Shown: piece after piece, positions 54,247 through 63,229 of the stretch
How the letters are laid out: each line of letters opens with the position of its first letter
Position numbering within the stretch: position 1 is the stretch's first letter
NCBI GenBank assembly: GCA_963775625.1
Contig: CAVZJM010000005.1
Coordinates: 971-64,970, forward strand
DNA: 64,000 bases
Origin: an uncultured Actinomycetes bacterium
Lineage (GTDB): Bacteria > Actinomycetota > Thermoleophilia > Gaiellales > Gaiellaceae
Direction of reading: 5' to 3'
Made by a program: the position numbers and the translations under genes
Notes under the pieces: model-generated
Databases searched by the model: none
What the model was told of the DNA's origin: nothing
Seen by the model: only the letters and a program-made list of their open reading frames with translations

Positions 54247-56967
54247 GTGCCGAACTTGGCCACTCTGAAGGGGGCAGCCGTCCGCCCTTCGACACGCGTT
54301 CGCCGCTCAGTCGCAATCGTTCTCGGCATCCTGCTCGAGGCGCTGGTGATGCTGCTCGGAGACTGGCACGACCGCTATCCGGGGCTCGTCGTCGCCGCAG
54401 GGCTCGTCATCGCTGCGCTCGCCGGCTCCGCGGGCGGGATCTGGAGCGGCCTCGCCGTCGCCGCCGTCGGCTGGACGCTCCACTTCTTCTTCGTGGCCGA
54501 CCAGGTCTGGCTGGCGCTGGCCGGGCTTCCGGCCTGGCTCGCGGTCGGCGGTCTCGCGGGCTGGCTCGCATTGGCCCGGCGGCGCACCTCGGAGGAACAC
54601 GGCCTCGTTCTCGGCGAGCTCACCGCGGTGCGGGAGTCCGCCGCCGAGGCGATCGTCGGCATCGACCTCGAGGGCACGATCGTCAGCTGGAATGCCGGTG
54701 CCGAGGCGATCTACGGGTACGAGGCGGCCCAGGCGATCGGCCGGCCGATCTCCCTGCTGGCGCCCGACGCCGAGGACGAGGAGTCGATGCGCCCCGCCGT
54801 CGCCGCGCAGCTCGGCGAGCGCCTCGACGTCCCCAGCGCCGTCCACCGACACGAGAACGGCGACGAGCTCGCGGTCTCCCTGACAGTCGCCCCGATCCCG
54901 GACAGCGCGGGCGAGCCGACCGGCGCGGTGGTCGTGACCCGCGACATCGGCGAGCCGCAGCGCGCCGAGGCGCTTCAGCGCGAGAGCGAGGCCAAGTACC
55001 GGGCCCTGACGGAGCACCTGCCGACAATCACCTACGTCCACCCGCTCGGCGAGCGCGGCACCCCGCTCTACGTGAGCCCCCAGGTCGCGGCGATCCTCGG
55101 CTACGGCGCCGACGAATGGCTCGCCAAGCCCAGCCTCTTCTTCCAGCTGGTACACCAGGACGACCGCGAGCGCGTCTCCGCCGAGATCGCCGCTGCGTCA
55201 GCGGGCGCGAGACCGCTCCGGTGCGAGTACCGGATGCTGTCGCGGGACGGCCGGATCGTCTGGGTGCACGACGAGGCCGTGACGGTGCGCGACGACGACG
55301 GCCGGCCGCTCTACGTCCAGGGCTACCTGCTCGACGTCAGCGAGCGCCGGCATGCCGGGGAGGAGCGGGAGCGACTCCTGGCCGCCGAGCGCGCCGCCGC
55401 CGCCGAGGCGCTGGACCGGCAGCGGAAGCTCGACGTTCTCGCGCGCGCGGGCGAGATCCTCGCCTCCTCGCCGAACTACCAGGCCACGCTCCGGCGCGTC
55501 GCCGAGCTCGCCGTCCGCGACCTGGCCGACTGGTGCGTCGTCGACCTGATCGACGACGACGGCACCGCAACCCGGCTCGCCGCAGCCAACTCCGGGCCCG
55601 GCGTGCCGCCAGGGGACGCGCCCGGCCCGTCGCCGGAGCCCGAGATCCTGGAGGTGGCCGAGCGCGGCAAGCCCGAGCTCTCCGAATCGCGCATGTGCAT
55701 CCCCCTGCGCGCCCGGGGGCGCACGCTCGGCGCGCTCACGCTTCTCACGCGCGCGCCGGGCCGCTCCTACGGAGCCGACGACCTGGCGGCAGCGCAGGAC
55801 CTCGCCGGGATGACGTCGCTGGCGATCGACAACGCCCGCCTGACGCGCGAGGTGGAGGAGTCCGCGGACGCCGCGCGCGTGCTCACGTACGTCGCCGACG
55901 GCGTCGTGCTCGTCGACCAGACCGGGACGATCCGCCTGTGGAACCCGGCCGCGGTCGCGATCACCGGCCTCGCGCCCGACGAAGTGCTGGGCCGGCCCGC
56001 CGGCGACGCGATCGCGGGCTGGAAGGGCGTGGCCGACCGGATCCCCGTGGGCACGGCGGCCGAGTCCGTGCAACCGGAGACGTTTCCGCTCGAGAGCGTG
56101 CGCGGCGAGCGCTGGATCTCCATTTCCGGCGTCGACTTCTTCGGCGGCATCGTCTACGCCTTCCGCGACGTCACGGATGCCCGCCGGCTCGAGGAGCTGA
56201 AGGCGGACTTCGTCGCCACTGCCTCGCACGAGCTGCGCACGCCGCTCGCGGCCGTCTACGGCGCCGCCCAGACGCTCCGCCGCCACGACTTCGCCCTCGA
56301 CGAGGCCGGGCGCAACCGCTTCGTCTCCCTGATCGTGGACGAGTCCGAGCGGCTGAACCGCATCGTCAACGAGATCCTCCTCGCCAACCAGCTGGATGCC
56401 GGGCGTCTCGACCTCCTCGAGGAGCCTTTCGACGCCGCGGACCTCGTCCAGCGGGTCGTCGAGTCCGCCCGGGAGCACGGTCCGCCCGGGATCCGCTTCG
56501 AGACGATCGTCTCCGAGTCGACGCCGCCGGTGGCCGCCGACCGCGACCGGGTGCGCCAGGTGCTCGTCAACCTGGTCGAGAACGCGATCAAGTACTCGCC
56601 CGACGGCGGCCCCATTCAGGTCGGGGCTCAACCGGCCGAGGGCTCCGTCTGCTTCTACGTGCGCGACGAGGGCCTCGGCATCCCGGCCGACGAGCAGGCC
56701 CGGATCTTCGAGAAGTTCTACCGCCTCGACCCGGAGATGACGCGCGGGATCGGCGGCACCGGCCTCGGCCTCTACATCTGCAGCGAGCTGCTCGAGCGCA
56801 TGGACGGCCGCATCTGGGTCGAGTCCCAGGAGGGGGCCGGCTCCACCTTCTCCTTCGAGCTCCCCGCGGCGGAGCCCGCCGCGCGTCCGGCCGCCGTTGG
56901 TGAGGCGCACGATCTCACCGACGCCCTCCGCCCGCCCGGCCCGGGCGCGCTCCCGGGCGTTGGGTAG
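54247..56967 (+). CDS. multi-sensor histidine kinase (TM, PAS, PAS, GAF, PAS, HisKA, HATPase)
   Basis: N-terminal hydrophobic helices. PAS-like segments IVGIDLEGTIVSWNAGAEAIYGY, YRMLSRDGRIVWVHDE and VLVDQTGTIRLWNPAA. H-box ASHELRTPLAAV, then NLVENAIKYSP, DEGLGIP and GTGLGL. The start is uncertain, between 54247 and 54349. Confidence 0.85.
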   Translation: MPNLATLKGAAVRPSTRVRRSVAIVLGILLEALVMLLGDWHDRYPGLVVAAGLVIAALAGSAGGIWSGLAVAAVGWTLHFFFVADQVWLALAGLPAWLAVGGLAGWLALARRRTSEEHGLVLGELTAVRESAAEAIVGIDLEGTIVSWNAGAEAIYGYEAAQAIGRPISLLAPDAEDEESMRPAVAAQLGERLDVPSAVHRHENGDELAVSLTVAPIPDSAGEPTGAVVVTRDIGEPQRAEALQRESEAKYRALTEHLPTITYVHPLGERGTPLYVSPQVAAILGYGADEWLAKPSLFFQLVHQDDRERVSAEIAAASAGARPLRCEYRMLSRDGRIVWVHDEAVTVRDDDGRPLYVQGYLLDVSERRHAGEERERLLAAERAAAAEALDRQRKLDVLARAGEILASSPNYQATLRRVAELAVRDLADWCVVDLIDDDGTATRLAAANSGPGVPPGDAPGPSPEPEILEVAERGKPELSESRMCIPLRARGRTLGALTLLTRAPGRSYGADDLAAAQDLAGMTSLAIDNARLTREVEESADAARVLTYVADGVVLVDQTGTIRLWNPAAVAITGLAPDEVLGRPAGDAIAGWKGVADRIPVGTAAESVQPETFPLESVRGERWISISGVDFFGGIVYAFRDVTDARRLEELKADFVATASHELRTPLAAVYGAAQTLRRHDFALDEAGRNRFVSLIVDESERLNRIVNEILLANQLDAGRLDLLEEPFDAADLVQRVVESAREHGPPGIRFETIVSESTPPVAADRDRVRQVLVNLVENAIKYSPDGGPIQVGAQPAEGSVCFYVRDEGLGIPADEQARIFEKFYRLDPEMTRGIGGTGLGLYICSELLERMDGRIWVESQEGAGSTFSFELPAAEPAARPAAVGEAHDLTDALRPPGPGALPGVG

Positions 56968-56973
56968 GAAAAG

Positions 56974-57017
56974 CTTGGCGGAATAGTGCTCGTAGCCAAG
57001 GCTACGGGCGCGACTGA
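56974..57017 (+). repeat. structured intergenic repeat, internally deleted copy 3
   Basis: CTTGGCGGAATAGTGCTCGTAGCCAAGGCTACGGGCGCGACTGA corresponds to the two ends of the left half of copy 1, joined at TCGT. Confidence 0.5.
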
Positions 57018-57106
57018 CGTATGGCACGATCTCGCAGGTGACCAGCAGACCCGCCGCGGCGCAGCGCCTGAGCGACCTCGCACGGCTGACATCCAGGAGC
57101 TGATCG

Positions 57107-57568
57107 ATGGCTGAGAGGAAACCTGCAAAGCAGGGCACGACGAAGTCCGCCAAGAAGTCCCAGGGATTCTCGGCCGAGGAACGGGCCGCGATGAGGGAGC
57201 GCGCCCAGGAGCTGAAGGCGGAAGCACGCAAGGCGGACGGGGAGAAGGCCCTGCTCGCGAAGGTCGCGGAGATGCCGGAGCCGGATCGCGTCATGGCCGA
57301 GCGGCTCCACGCGATCGTCAAGGCCAGCGCGCCGGACCTCTCGCCGAAGACCTGGTACGGGATGCCCGCCTATGCCGACACGGACGGCAAGGTCGTCATC
57401 TACTTCCAGAGCGCGCACAAGTTCGATTCGAGGTACGCGACCTTCGGCTTCAACGACACCGCGAACCTCGACGACGGCGCCATGTGGCCGACCTCCTTCG
57501 CGCTGAGGCAGTTGACCGCCGCCGACGAGAAGAAGATCGCCGCGCTGGTGAAGAAAGCGGTGAGCTGA
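57107..57568 (+). CDS. DUF1801 (YdhG-like) domain protein
   Basis: Lys-rich N-terminus followed by [33 protein letters not shown]. This call is from my recollection of the family. Confidence 0.65.
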   Translation: MAERKPAKQGTTKSAKKSQGFSAEERAAMRERAQELKAEARKADGEKALLAKVAEMPEPDRVMAERLHAIVKASAPDLSPKTWYGMPAYADTDGKVVIYFQSAHKFDSRYATFGFNDTANLDDGAMWPTSFALRQLTAADEKKIAALVKKAVS

Positions 57569-57584
57569 GGACCGAGCTCGCCCT

Positions 57585-58295
57585 CTACGTGCGCCGCTGC
57601 TTGAGGCTGCGGAGCTCTTCGAGCTCCCGCTCGCTCGGCGGCTCCGTGACGGCGAGCGGCTCGCGGACGCGCAGTGGCCAGCCCGTCGCCTCCAGCACCT
57701 GACCGACGTCGACGCCGGAGTGCAGCGCCGTCAGCTCGAGCTCGCCGTCCTCGCCGGGCTCCAAGACGCCGAGATCGGTGATCACCATGAAGGCATCGCC
57801 GCCGCGGCCGAGCGAGGTGACGAAGTCGAGGCGCTCGACGAACGCGCGCGGCGAGTGCCGGAGCATGACGATGACCTTCCGTACCGCCGCAGCGATCTCC
57901 GGCGCGCCTCCGGCGCCGGGCAGGCGCACCTTGGGGCGATCGTAGGAGCCGATCACGGTCGTGTTGATGTTCCCGCGCCTGTCGATCTGAGCCGCCCCGA
58001 GGAAGCCGACGTCCATGCGCCCTCCACCGATCCAGTAGCTGAACATCTCCGGGACGGAGACGAGCTCGTCGGCGGTGGCCGCCAGGTCGTCGTCGCCGAT
58101 CGAGAGCGGCAGGTTGACGGGCTTGGCGCCGATCGCGCCCGACTCGTAGACGAGCACGCAGTCGGGCGCGTGGAGCCGCCGGGCGAGGTTCGCTGCCGCG
58201 TTCGGCGGGCCCACCCCGACGAGGCAGACCTCGCCGTTCACGAGGGCCCGCGCCGCCTGGACGGTCATGACCTCCTCGGGCGTCGGGCCTGTCAT
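57585..58295 (-). CDS. CoA-transferase family I, subunit B
   Basis: The ATG at 58295 overlaps the subunit A stop (ATGA). Motifs are LVYESG (catalytic Glu context) and IDRRGNINTT. Confidence 0.8.
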   Translation of the reverse strand: MTGPTPEEVMTVQAARALVNGEVCLVGVGPPNAAANLARRLHAPDCVLVYESGAIGAKPVNLPLSIGDDDLAATADELVSVPEMFSYWIGGGRMDVGFLGAAQIDRRGNINTTVIGSYDRPKVRLPGAGGAPEIAAAVRKVIVMLRHSPRAFVERLDFVTSLGRGGDAFMVITDLGVLEPGEDGELELTALHSGVDVGQVLEATGWPLRVREPLAVTEPPSERELEELRSLKQRRT

Positions 58296-59107
58296 GGCTC
58301 CAGCACGTGCTCGCGCATCCATTCGGAGAAGCGGTCGCGGTCGCGTGAGATCTCGTCCCACTCGGCATAGAACGCGTTGTCGCGGACCGAGTAGCCGGCC
58401 GCATAGGACGGCCAGGCGCCGCCGGGCAGGAGGACGATCGCGTCGAGGACCCAGGCCGGCAGGAAGACCGCGTGGGGCCGCGGCTCGAGCTCGTCGACCA
58501 CCTCCTCGACTGTCACGATGGCGCGCTTCGCGGCGAGCACCGCCTCCTTCTGGACGCCTGCGAGACCCCAGAGCATCACGTTGCCCTGCGGGTCGGCCTG
58601 CTGTGCATGGATGATCGCGACGTCCGGGTTGATCGCCTTCACGGCGCTCACGCGCTCGCCGGTGAAGGGGCTCTCGAGCGGCGCCACCGAGTCGTTCTCG
58701 GCGAGAAGGTCGGTTCCCTCGTATCCCCGCAGAACGCCGAAGGGGAGGTGGGCGGCGCCCGCGGCGTAGGCGGCCGCGAGCCCGGCGTGGGAGTGCTCGA
58801 CGACGCTCAGCTCACGCGGCCAGCCGTTCTCCACGGAGTCCCGGAAGCGATGCAGCGAGCCGACCCCGGGGTTGCCGCCGTAGGAGAAGGTCAGCTGCCT
58901 GGCACACCCCATCCCGATCAGCTGGTCGTAGATGACGTCGGGGGTCATGCGGACGAGCGCGAGCTCTCGCCTCTCCTGCCGGATGATCTCGTGGCCTGCG
59001 GCGAACGGGACGAGGTGCGTGAAGCCCTCGAGGGCGATCTCGTCCCCGTCGTGGACGTGCTCGGCGACCGCGTCCGAGAGCGAGAGAACCCTCGCAGTCC
59101 GCCCCAT
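58292..59107 (-). CDS. CoA-transferase family I, subunit A
   Basis: ATG at 59107. The sequence LSDAVAEHVHDGDEIALEGF...GGNPGVG is typical of glutaconate/3-oxoacid CoA-transferase alpha subunits. Confidence 0.8.
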   Translation of the reverse strand: MGRTARVLSLSDAVAEHVHDGDEIALEGFTHLVPFAAGHEIIRQERRELALVRMTPDVIYDQLIGMGCARQLTFSYGGNPGVGSLHRFRDSVENGWPRELSVVEHSHAGLAAAYAAGAAHLPFGVLRGYEGTDLLAENDSVAPLESPFTGERVSAVKAINPDVAIIHAQQADPQGNVMLWGLAGVQKEAVLAAKRAIVTVEEVVDELEPRPHAVFLPAWVLDAIVLLPGGAWPSYAAGYSVRDNAFYAEWDEISRDRDRFSEWMREHVLEP

Positions 59108-59124
59108 GCTCGCTCGACCTTGGT

Positions 59125-59946
59125 CTAGGCCTCGACGCCGTACGCCTCGGTGAACGCCTCGGCCGCGTACGCGAGCGAGGCGTAGCCGAAGCCGCCGTCG
59201 CCCCAGTCGGTGCCCCAGCTGTTCCGGACGATGAACCGCCCCGACGTGTAGCCGACGAGGGCGACGGCGTGCCCGCCGCGCGTGGTCTCCGGGAGATACT
59301 CGTCGAGGTTGCCGCTGTTGGCGGTCGCGGCGTACCACGTCGCGTCGACGTTCAGCCGGGTGAGAATGGGCCCCTTGGTGGCCAGCCAGATGCGCCAGTT
59401 GGTCTGGCTCGTCCCCAGGTTGAAGTAGGCGAGGATCTTCAGCCTCGCTGCGATCGCGTAGAACGTGCTCGCCTGGCCGGGGTAGAGCTTGCCGGAGCTG
59501 AACGACAGGACCGTGTCGCGAACGACGCCGAACTTGCGCGCGATGTCGAGAGCGGTCTTGATGCTCGTCCCCTCCGTCTCGATGAAGGTGGTCGGCCTGG
59601 TGATGAACGGATCCGTCTCCTTGGACGCCATCCAGACGAACCGCGGCGAGAGCGGGGTGGTCTGGGGAATCCGGCCGTCCTGCGCGAAGTGCCAGCGCAG
59701 CACCGAGTCGGCGCAGGCCCAACCCACGCAGGAGCCGGTCGAGCCCTGGTCGCCGACATTCCACCAGGTCGCGCGCAGGTCCTTCGACGCGGGGATCGCC
59801 GGCGCGGCCAGGACCATGTCGGCCCCGGCCGCCGTCTCGAAGGTCCAGTCCTCCTCCGTCTTCGGCGACGGCTTGGCGTTGAGAATCCGCTTCGGCTGCC
59901 GCTTGCGGGTCGCCTTCCGCCTCGTGGTCTTCCGTGGTCTGGCCAC
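59125..59946 (-). CDS. papain-like (C1 family) cysteine peptidase without signal peptide, with polybasic N-terminus
   Basis: GGAGG lies 5 nt before the GTG at 59946. The Cys is in GDQGSTGSCVGWA, the His in GGHAVALVGY, and the Asn/Trp in VRNSWGTDWGDGG. The N-terminus is ARPRKTTRRKATRKRQPKR. Confidence 0.75.
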   Translation of the reverse strand: MARPRKTTRRKATRKRQPKRILNAKPSPKTEEDWTFETAAGADMVLAAPAIPASKDLRATWWNVGDQGSTGSCVGWACADSVLRWHFAQDGRIPQTTPLSPRFVWMASKETDPFITRPTTFIETEGTSIKTALDIARKFGVVRDTVLSFSSGKLYPGQASTFYAIAARLKILAYFNLGTSQTNWRIWLATKGPILTRLNVDATWYAATANSGNLDEYLPETTRGGHAVALVGYTSGRFIVRNSWGTDWGDGGFGYASLAYAAEAFTEAYGVEA

Positions 59947-60027
59947 CGGGCACCTCCTGGGCGGGGAAACGTGAAAGCGCGCCGAGTCTAGATGCCGCGG
60001 GCCGTCACTGTCGCGTAGCCTCCCGCC

Positions 60028-61203
60028 GTGCGACGCCTGCTCGTCTATGCCGGCGTGTTCGTGCTCGGGGCGCTCGTGCTCCGGGTCGCAGTGGTGCCGG
60101 CCGAGGTCTGCCCGTCCCTCACTCCCGCCGAGGCGCGGAGCGCGATCGCGGAAGCGGCCGGCTGGCTCGAGCGCGGCGCCCGGCCCGGAGGTCGCTACAC
60201 GTACGGCTACGACCGGGAGGCCGACAGCGTCTCCGAGGACTACAACATCACCCGGCACGCGGGCGTGATGATGGGCCTCTACCGGCTCGCCGCCGAGACC
60301 GGCGACGAGGAGGCCCTCGCCGCGGCCGAGCACGGCCTGCCCCTCCTGCACGCCAACCTCCTCCGACACGATGGTTGGACTGCCTTTGCCGAGCCGGGCC
60401 AGGATGCGAGGCTCGGCGCGAGCGCGCTCGTCGCCGCGGCGCTCGTCCAGCGCCGGCTGGCCACCGGCGACACGAGCGAGGACGGGCTCCTGCACGAGCT
60501 TGCACGCTTCCTCCGGGCCCAGCAGCAGGCGGACGGGAGCGTGCTCGGCGTCTGGAGCCGGGCGACCGAGCGCCCCGTGCCGGGCGAGTACGCGAAGTTC
60601 GGCACCGGGCAGGCTCTGTGGACGTTCGCGCTCATGGACGAGCTCTTCCCTGACGAGGGGTGGAACGAGCCCGCGCGCCGCCTGGCGCGTTTCGTGTCGA
60701 CGCGGCGCGACGACGTCGAGGGCTACTTCCTCACGTTCCCGGACCACTGGGCCGCGTACGGCCTGGCCCAGCTGGGGCCGGAGGGGCTCGGCGAGCCGGA
60801 GATCGCATACGCGCGCCGGCTGGCCGGGATCTTCGGGCTCAACTCCCGGCTCGAGTCGCAGAGCGGAGGGACGGGGCTCCGGCGGCTGCTGCGCGGCGAG
60901 CCGGCCTCCGGCGCCGGCCTCGGGACCGTGACCGAGGGCCTGGCCCAGCTCTGGCAGCTCAGCCTGGTCGATCCGCGGCTGGGCGACCTGACCGAGGATC
61001 TGGAGACACGCCTCCGCTGCACGGCAGGCCGCACGGCGAAGCGCCAGATCGACCGGGTCGAGGCGCAGGACGCACCCCGCCCGCTGCTCGCGCGCGGCGC
61101 CTGGTTCACCGAAGGCGGCTACACGCAGATGGATCACCAGCGCCACCCGCTCTCAGGCCTTCTTCTCACGCTTCCGCTCCTGGAGCGCGACGCGGCGAGA
61201 TGA
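60028..61203 (+). CDS. membrane-anchored hypothetical protein, possibly alpha/alpha-toroid (prenyltransferase/terpene-cyclase-like) fold
   Basis: N-terminal anchor LLVYAGVFVLGALVL. It is helix-rich and periodic, with a QQQADGS-type motif. The fold call is weak. Confidence 0.45.
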   Translation: MRRLLVYAGVFVLGALVLRVAVVPAEVCPSLTPAEARSAIAEAAGWLERGARPGGRYTYGYDREADSVSEDYNITRHAGVMMGLYRLAAETGDEEALAAAEHGLPLLHANLLRHDGWTAFAEPGQDARLGASALVAAALVQRRLATGDTSEDGLLHELARFLRAQQQADGSVLGVWSRATERPVPGEYAKFGTGQALWTFALMDELFPDEGWNEPARRLARFVSTRRDDVEGYFLTFPDHWAAYGLAQLGPEGLGEPEIAYARRLAGIFGLNSRLESQSGGTGLRRLLRGEPASGAGLGTVTEGLAQLWQLSLVDPRLGDLTEDLETRLRCTAGRTAKRQIDRVEAQDAPRPLLARGAWFTEGGYTQMDHQRHPLSGLLLTLPLLERDAAR

Positions 61204-61736
61204 CCTTCGCGTTCCTCGTCTTCGCGTTCGTGTCCGCGGTCAACCCGTGCCGCCTGCGGCTGGTCTTGCCGGAGCGTCGGGCCGCCGTCGCCCTCGGCGC
61301 GCTCCTCGCGCTCGGCGCGATCGCGGGAATCGCAGCGCTCGGCGGCACGCTTCTCGAAACACTCGACGTCAGCCCCGAGAGCTTCCGCCTGGGGGCCGCG
61401 CTCGTCCTCGCGCTCGAGGGCGCCAGGGCCCTGTTCTTCGCTCGGCCGGGGGCGGAGCCCGAGCTCGCCGGCCTCCTGTCGGCGGTGGTTCCGGTCGCGT
61501 TTCCGCTGCTGCTGACCCCGGGAGTCGTGGCGCTCGCGATCGCGGCCGGCGGCGACGACGTCGAAGCGGCGGCCGTGGGGGCGCTCGGCGTCGCCTTTGG
61601 GCTCGTTCTCGCCGCCACACTGGTTCACCGCGGCCCGCGCGCCGATGCGCTTCTCGCGGCGGGAGGCCGACTGCTCGGCGCCTTGGAGGTCGCCGCCGGG
61701 GTTGCCCTCGCCGTCGGCGCGATCCGCGACGTTTAG
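61200..61736 (+). CDS. small polytopic membrane protein
   Basis: The ATG overlaps the upstream TGA (ATGA). It has about five hydrophobic helices. Confidence 0.5.
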   Translation: MTFAFLVFAFVSAVNPCRLRLVLPERRAAVALGALLALGAIAGIAALGGTLLETLDVSPESFRLGAALVLALEGARALFFARPGAEPELAGLLSAVVPVAFPLLLTPGVVALAIAAGGDDVEAAAVGALGVAFGLVLAATLVHRGPRADALLAAGGRLLGALEVAAGVALAVGAIRDV

Positions 61737-61775
61737 GGACGGGAATACTACGAGGGTCGAACGAAGGGAGCACGG

Positions 61776-62618
61776 ATGGGATTCGAGGAGCTCAAGGCAA
61801 AGCAGAGCGTGGTTTGGGGAACCGGGCCGTACCAGCGGATCACCGAGACGATCAGCGACATCCATGAGGTGGTGGTCGAGCGCCTGGCTCCCGCCCCCGG
61901 AGACAACTGGCTCGACCTCGCGTGCGGCACCGGCGCCGTCGCCGAGCGGGCCGCGTCCGCCGGGGCGAACGTAACCGGTATCGACCTGGCGCCGGCCCTG
62001 ATCGCGACCGCGCAGGAGCGGGCCGGCGAGCTCGGTCTCGAGATCGACTACCGCGTGGGCGACGCGGAGAGCCTCGAGCTGGCCGACGCGAGCTTCGACA
62101 AGGTCTCCTCGACCTGTGGGGTGATGTTCACGCCAGACCACGAGGCGACCGCCGGCGAGCTCGCCCGGGTCACCCGGCCCGGCGGGCGGATCGCCCTGGC
62201 CAACTGGACGCCCACAGGCGGGCCTGGCCAGGATGTTCGCGGTCATGGCCCGCTATCAGCCTGCCCCGCCGCCGAGCAGCCCATTTGCCTGGGGTGGCGA
62301 GGAGCACGTCCGCGATTTGCTCGGCGAGGCGTTCGAGCTCGAGCTCAGCGAGCACGTGTCCACGCTGCGGGTGGCCTCCGGCGAGGAGTACTGGGAGCTC
62401 TTCTCCACGAGCTACGGCCCGACGAAGACGCTCGCGGACTCGCTCGGCGAGCGGCGCGAGGAGCTCCACCGCGACTGGGTGGAGTTCTTCGAGCAGAACT
62501 ACCGCGCCGACGGAGAGATCGTCCACACGCGGGAGTACCTGCTCGTGCTCGGAACGCGGACGATAGCCGGGAGGGCTTGGCGGGAAGAAATCCGTCGTGC
62601 GCGCCGTCTATCTGGTGA
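61776..62618 (+). CDS. class I SAM-dependent methyltransferase, interrupted by a frameshift
   Basis: Motif I is LDLACGTGAV, and post-I is VTGIDL. After ...RIALANWTPTGG the sensible sequence continues in the frame of ORF 62233 (LARMFAVMARYQPAPPPSSPFAWGGEEHV...). The frames join near 62221..62225. The true 3' end is unclear. Confidence 0.7.
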   Translation: MGFEELKAKQSVVWGTGPYQRITETISDIHEVVVERLAPAPGDNWLDLACGTGAVAERAASAGANVTGIDLAPALIATAQERAGELGLEIDYRVGDAESLELADASFDKVSSTCGVMFTPDHEATAGELARVTRPGGRIALANWTPTGGPGQDVRGHGPLSACPAAEQPICLGWRGARPRFARRGVRARAQRARVHAAGGLRRGVLGALLHELRPDEDARGLARRAARGAPPRLGGVLRAELPRRRRDRPHAGVPARARNADDSREGLAGRNPSCAPSIW

Positions 62619-62624
62619 GATCAG

Positions 62625-62840
62625 ATGGCGGCACTCGACACGATCGCGCACGAGCTCGACGCTCTGGAGACCGAGGAGGAGCGGGTGTTCTCGTGGCGTC
62701 ACGAGAGCCTGCTGGGGGCGGGGTACGACGCGAGGAACGCTCTCAAGCTGGCTCTTCGCTCCGAGGTCGACCTCCACCTCGCCGTCCGGCTCGGCCGCGC
62801 CGGCTGCCCGCCCGAGACGGCTGCGCAGATCCTGCTCTAG
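62625..62840 (+). CDS. small hypothetical protein
   Basis: 71 aa of normal composition (MAALDTIAHELDALETEEERVFSWRHESLL...GCPPETAAQILL). GGTGAG lies upstream of the start. Confidence 0.45.
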   Translation: MAALDTIAHELDALETEEERVFSWRHESLLGAGYDARNALKLALRSEVDLHLAVRLGRAGCPPETAAQILL

Positions 62841-62850
62841 CTAGAGGTCC

Positions 62851-63204
62851 TCAGGCGGGCTCCCAGGCGAGCTCGATGACGTAGCCGTCGGGATCGCGGC
62901 ACTTGACGCTCACGTAGCCGGGCTCCTCCCACTCCTCCACGATCGGGACACCGTCCTGCCGGAGGCGATCCCGAAAGGCCCTCACCTCGTCGGCGCTCGA
63001 GGCGCTGCGAAACCCGAAATGGAGGAAGCCGGGCAGGGAGATCGGCTCGTCGGTCTCCTTGAGCGCGAGGGCGAACCCGGCCGCGTCGGAGAGCATGAGG
63101 ACGCCGTCCGACATGCGCTCGGGAGGCTCGGCGTCGAAGCCGAAGTAGGTCTCGTAGAAGCGCCGCGAGCGGTTCTCGTCGTGGACCGGAAGGGCAAGAT
63201 GCAC
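62851..63204 (-). CDS. VOC/glyoxalase family protein
   Basis: The GTG at 63204 gives VHLALPVHDENRSRRFYETYFGF...HFGF...DPDGYVIEL. Confidence 0.75.
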   Translation of the reverse strand: MHLALPVHDENRSRRFYETYFGFDAEPPERMSDGVLMLSDAAGFALALKETDEPISLPGFLHFGFRSASSADEVRAFRDRLRQDGVPIVEEWEEPGYVSVKCRDPDGYVIELAWEPA

Positions 63205-63229
63205 GCGCGAGAGGATACTCTCGCGTACC

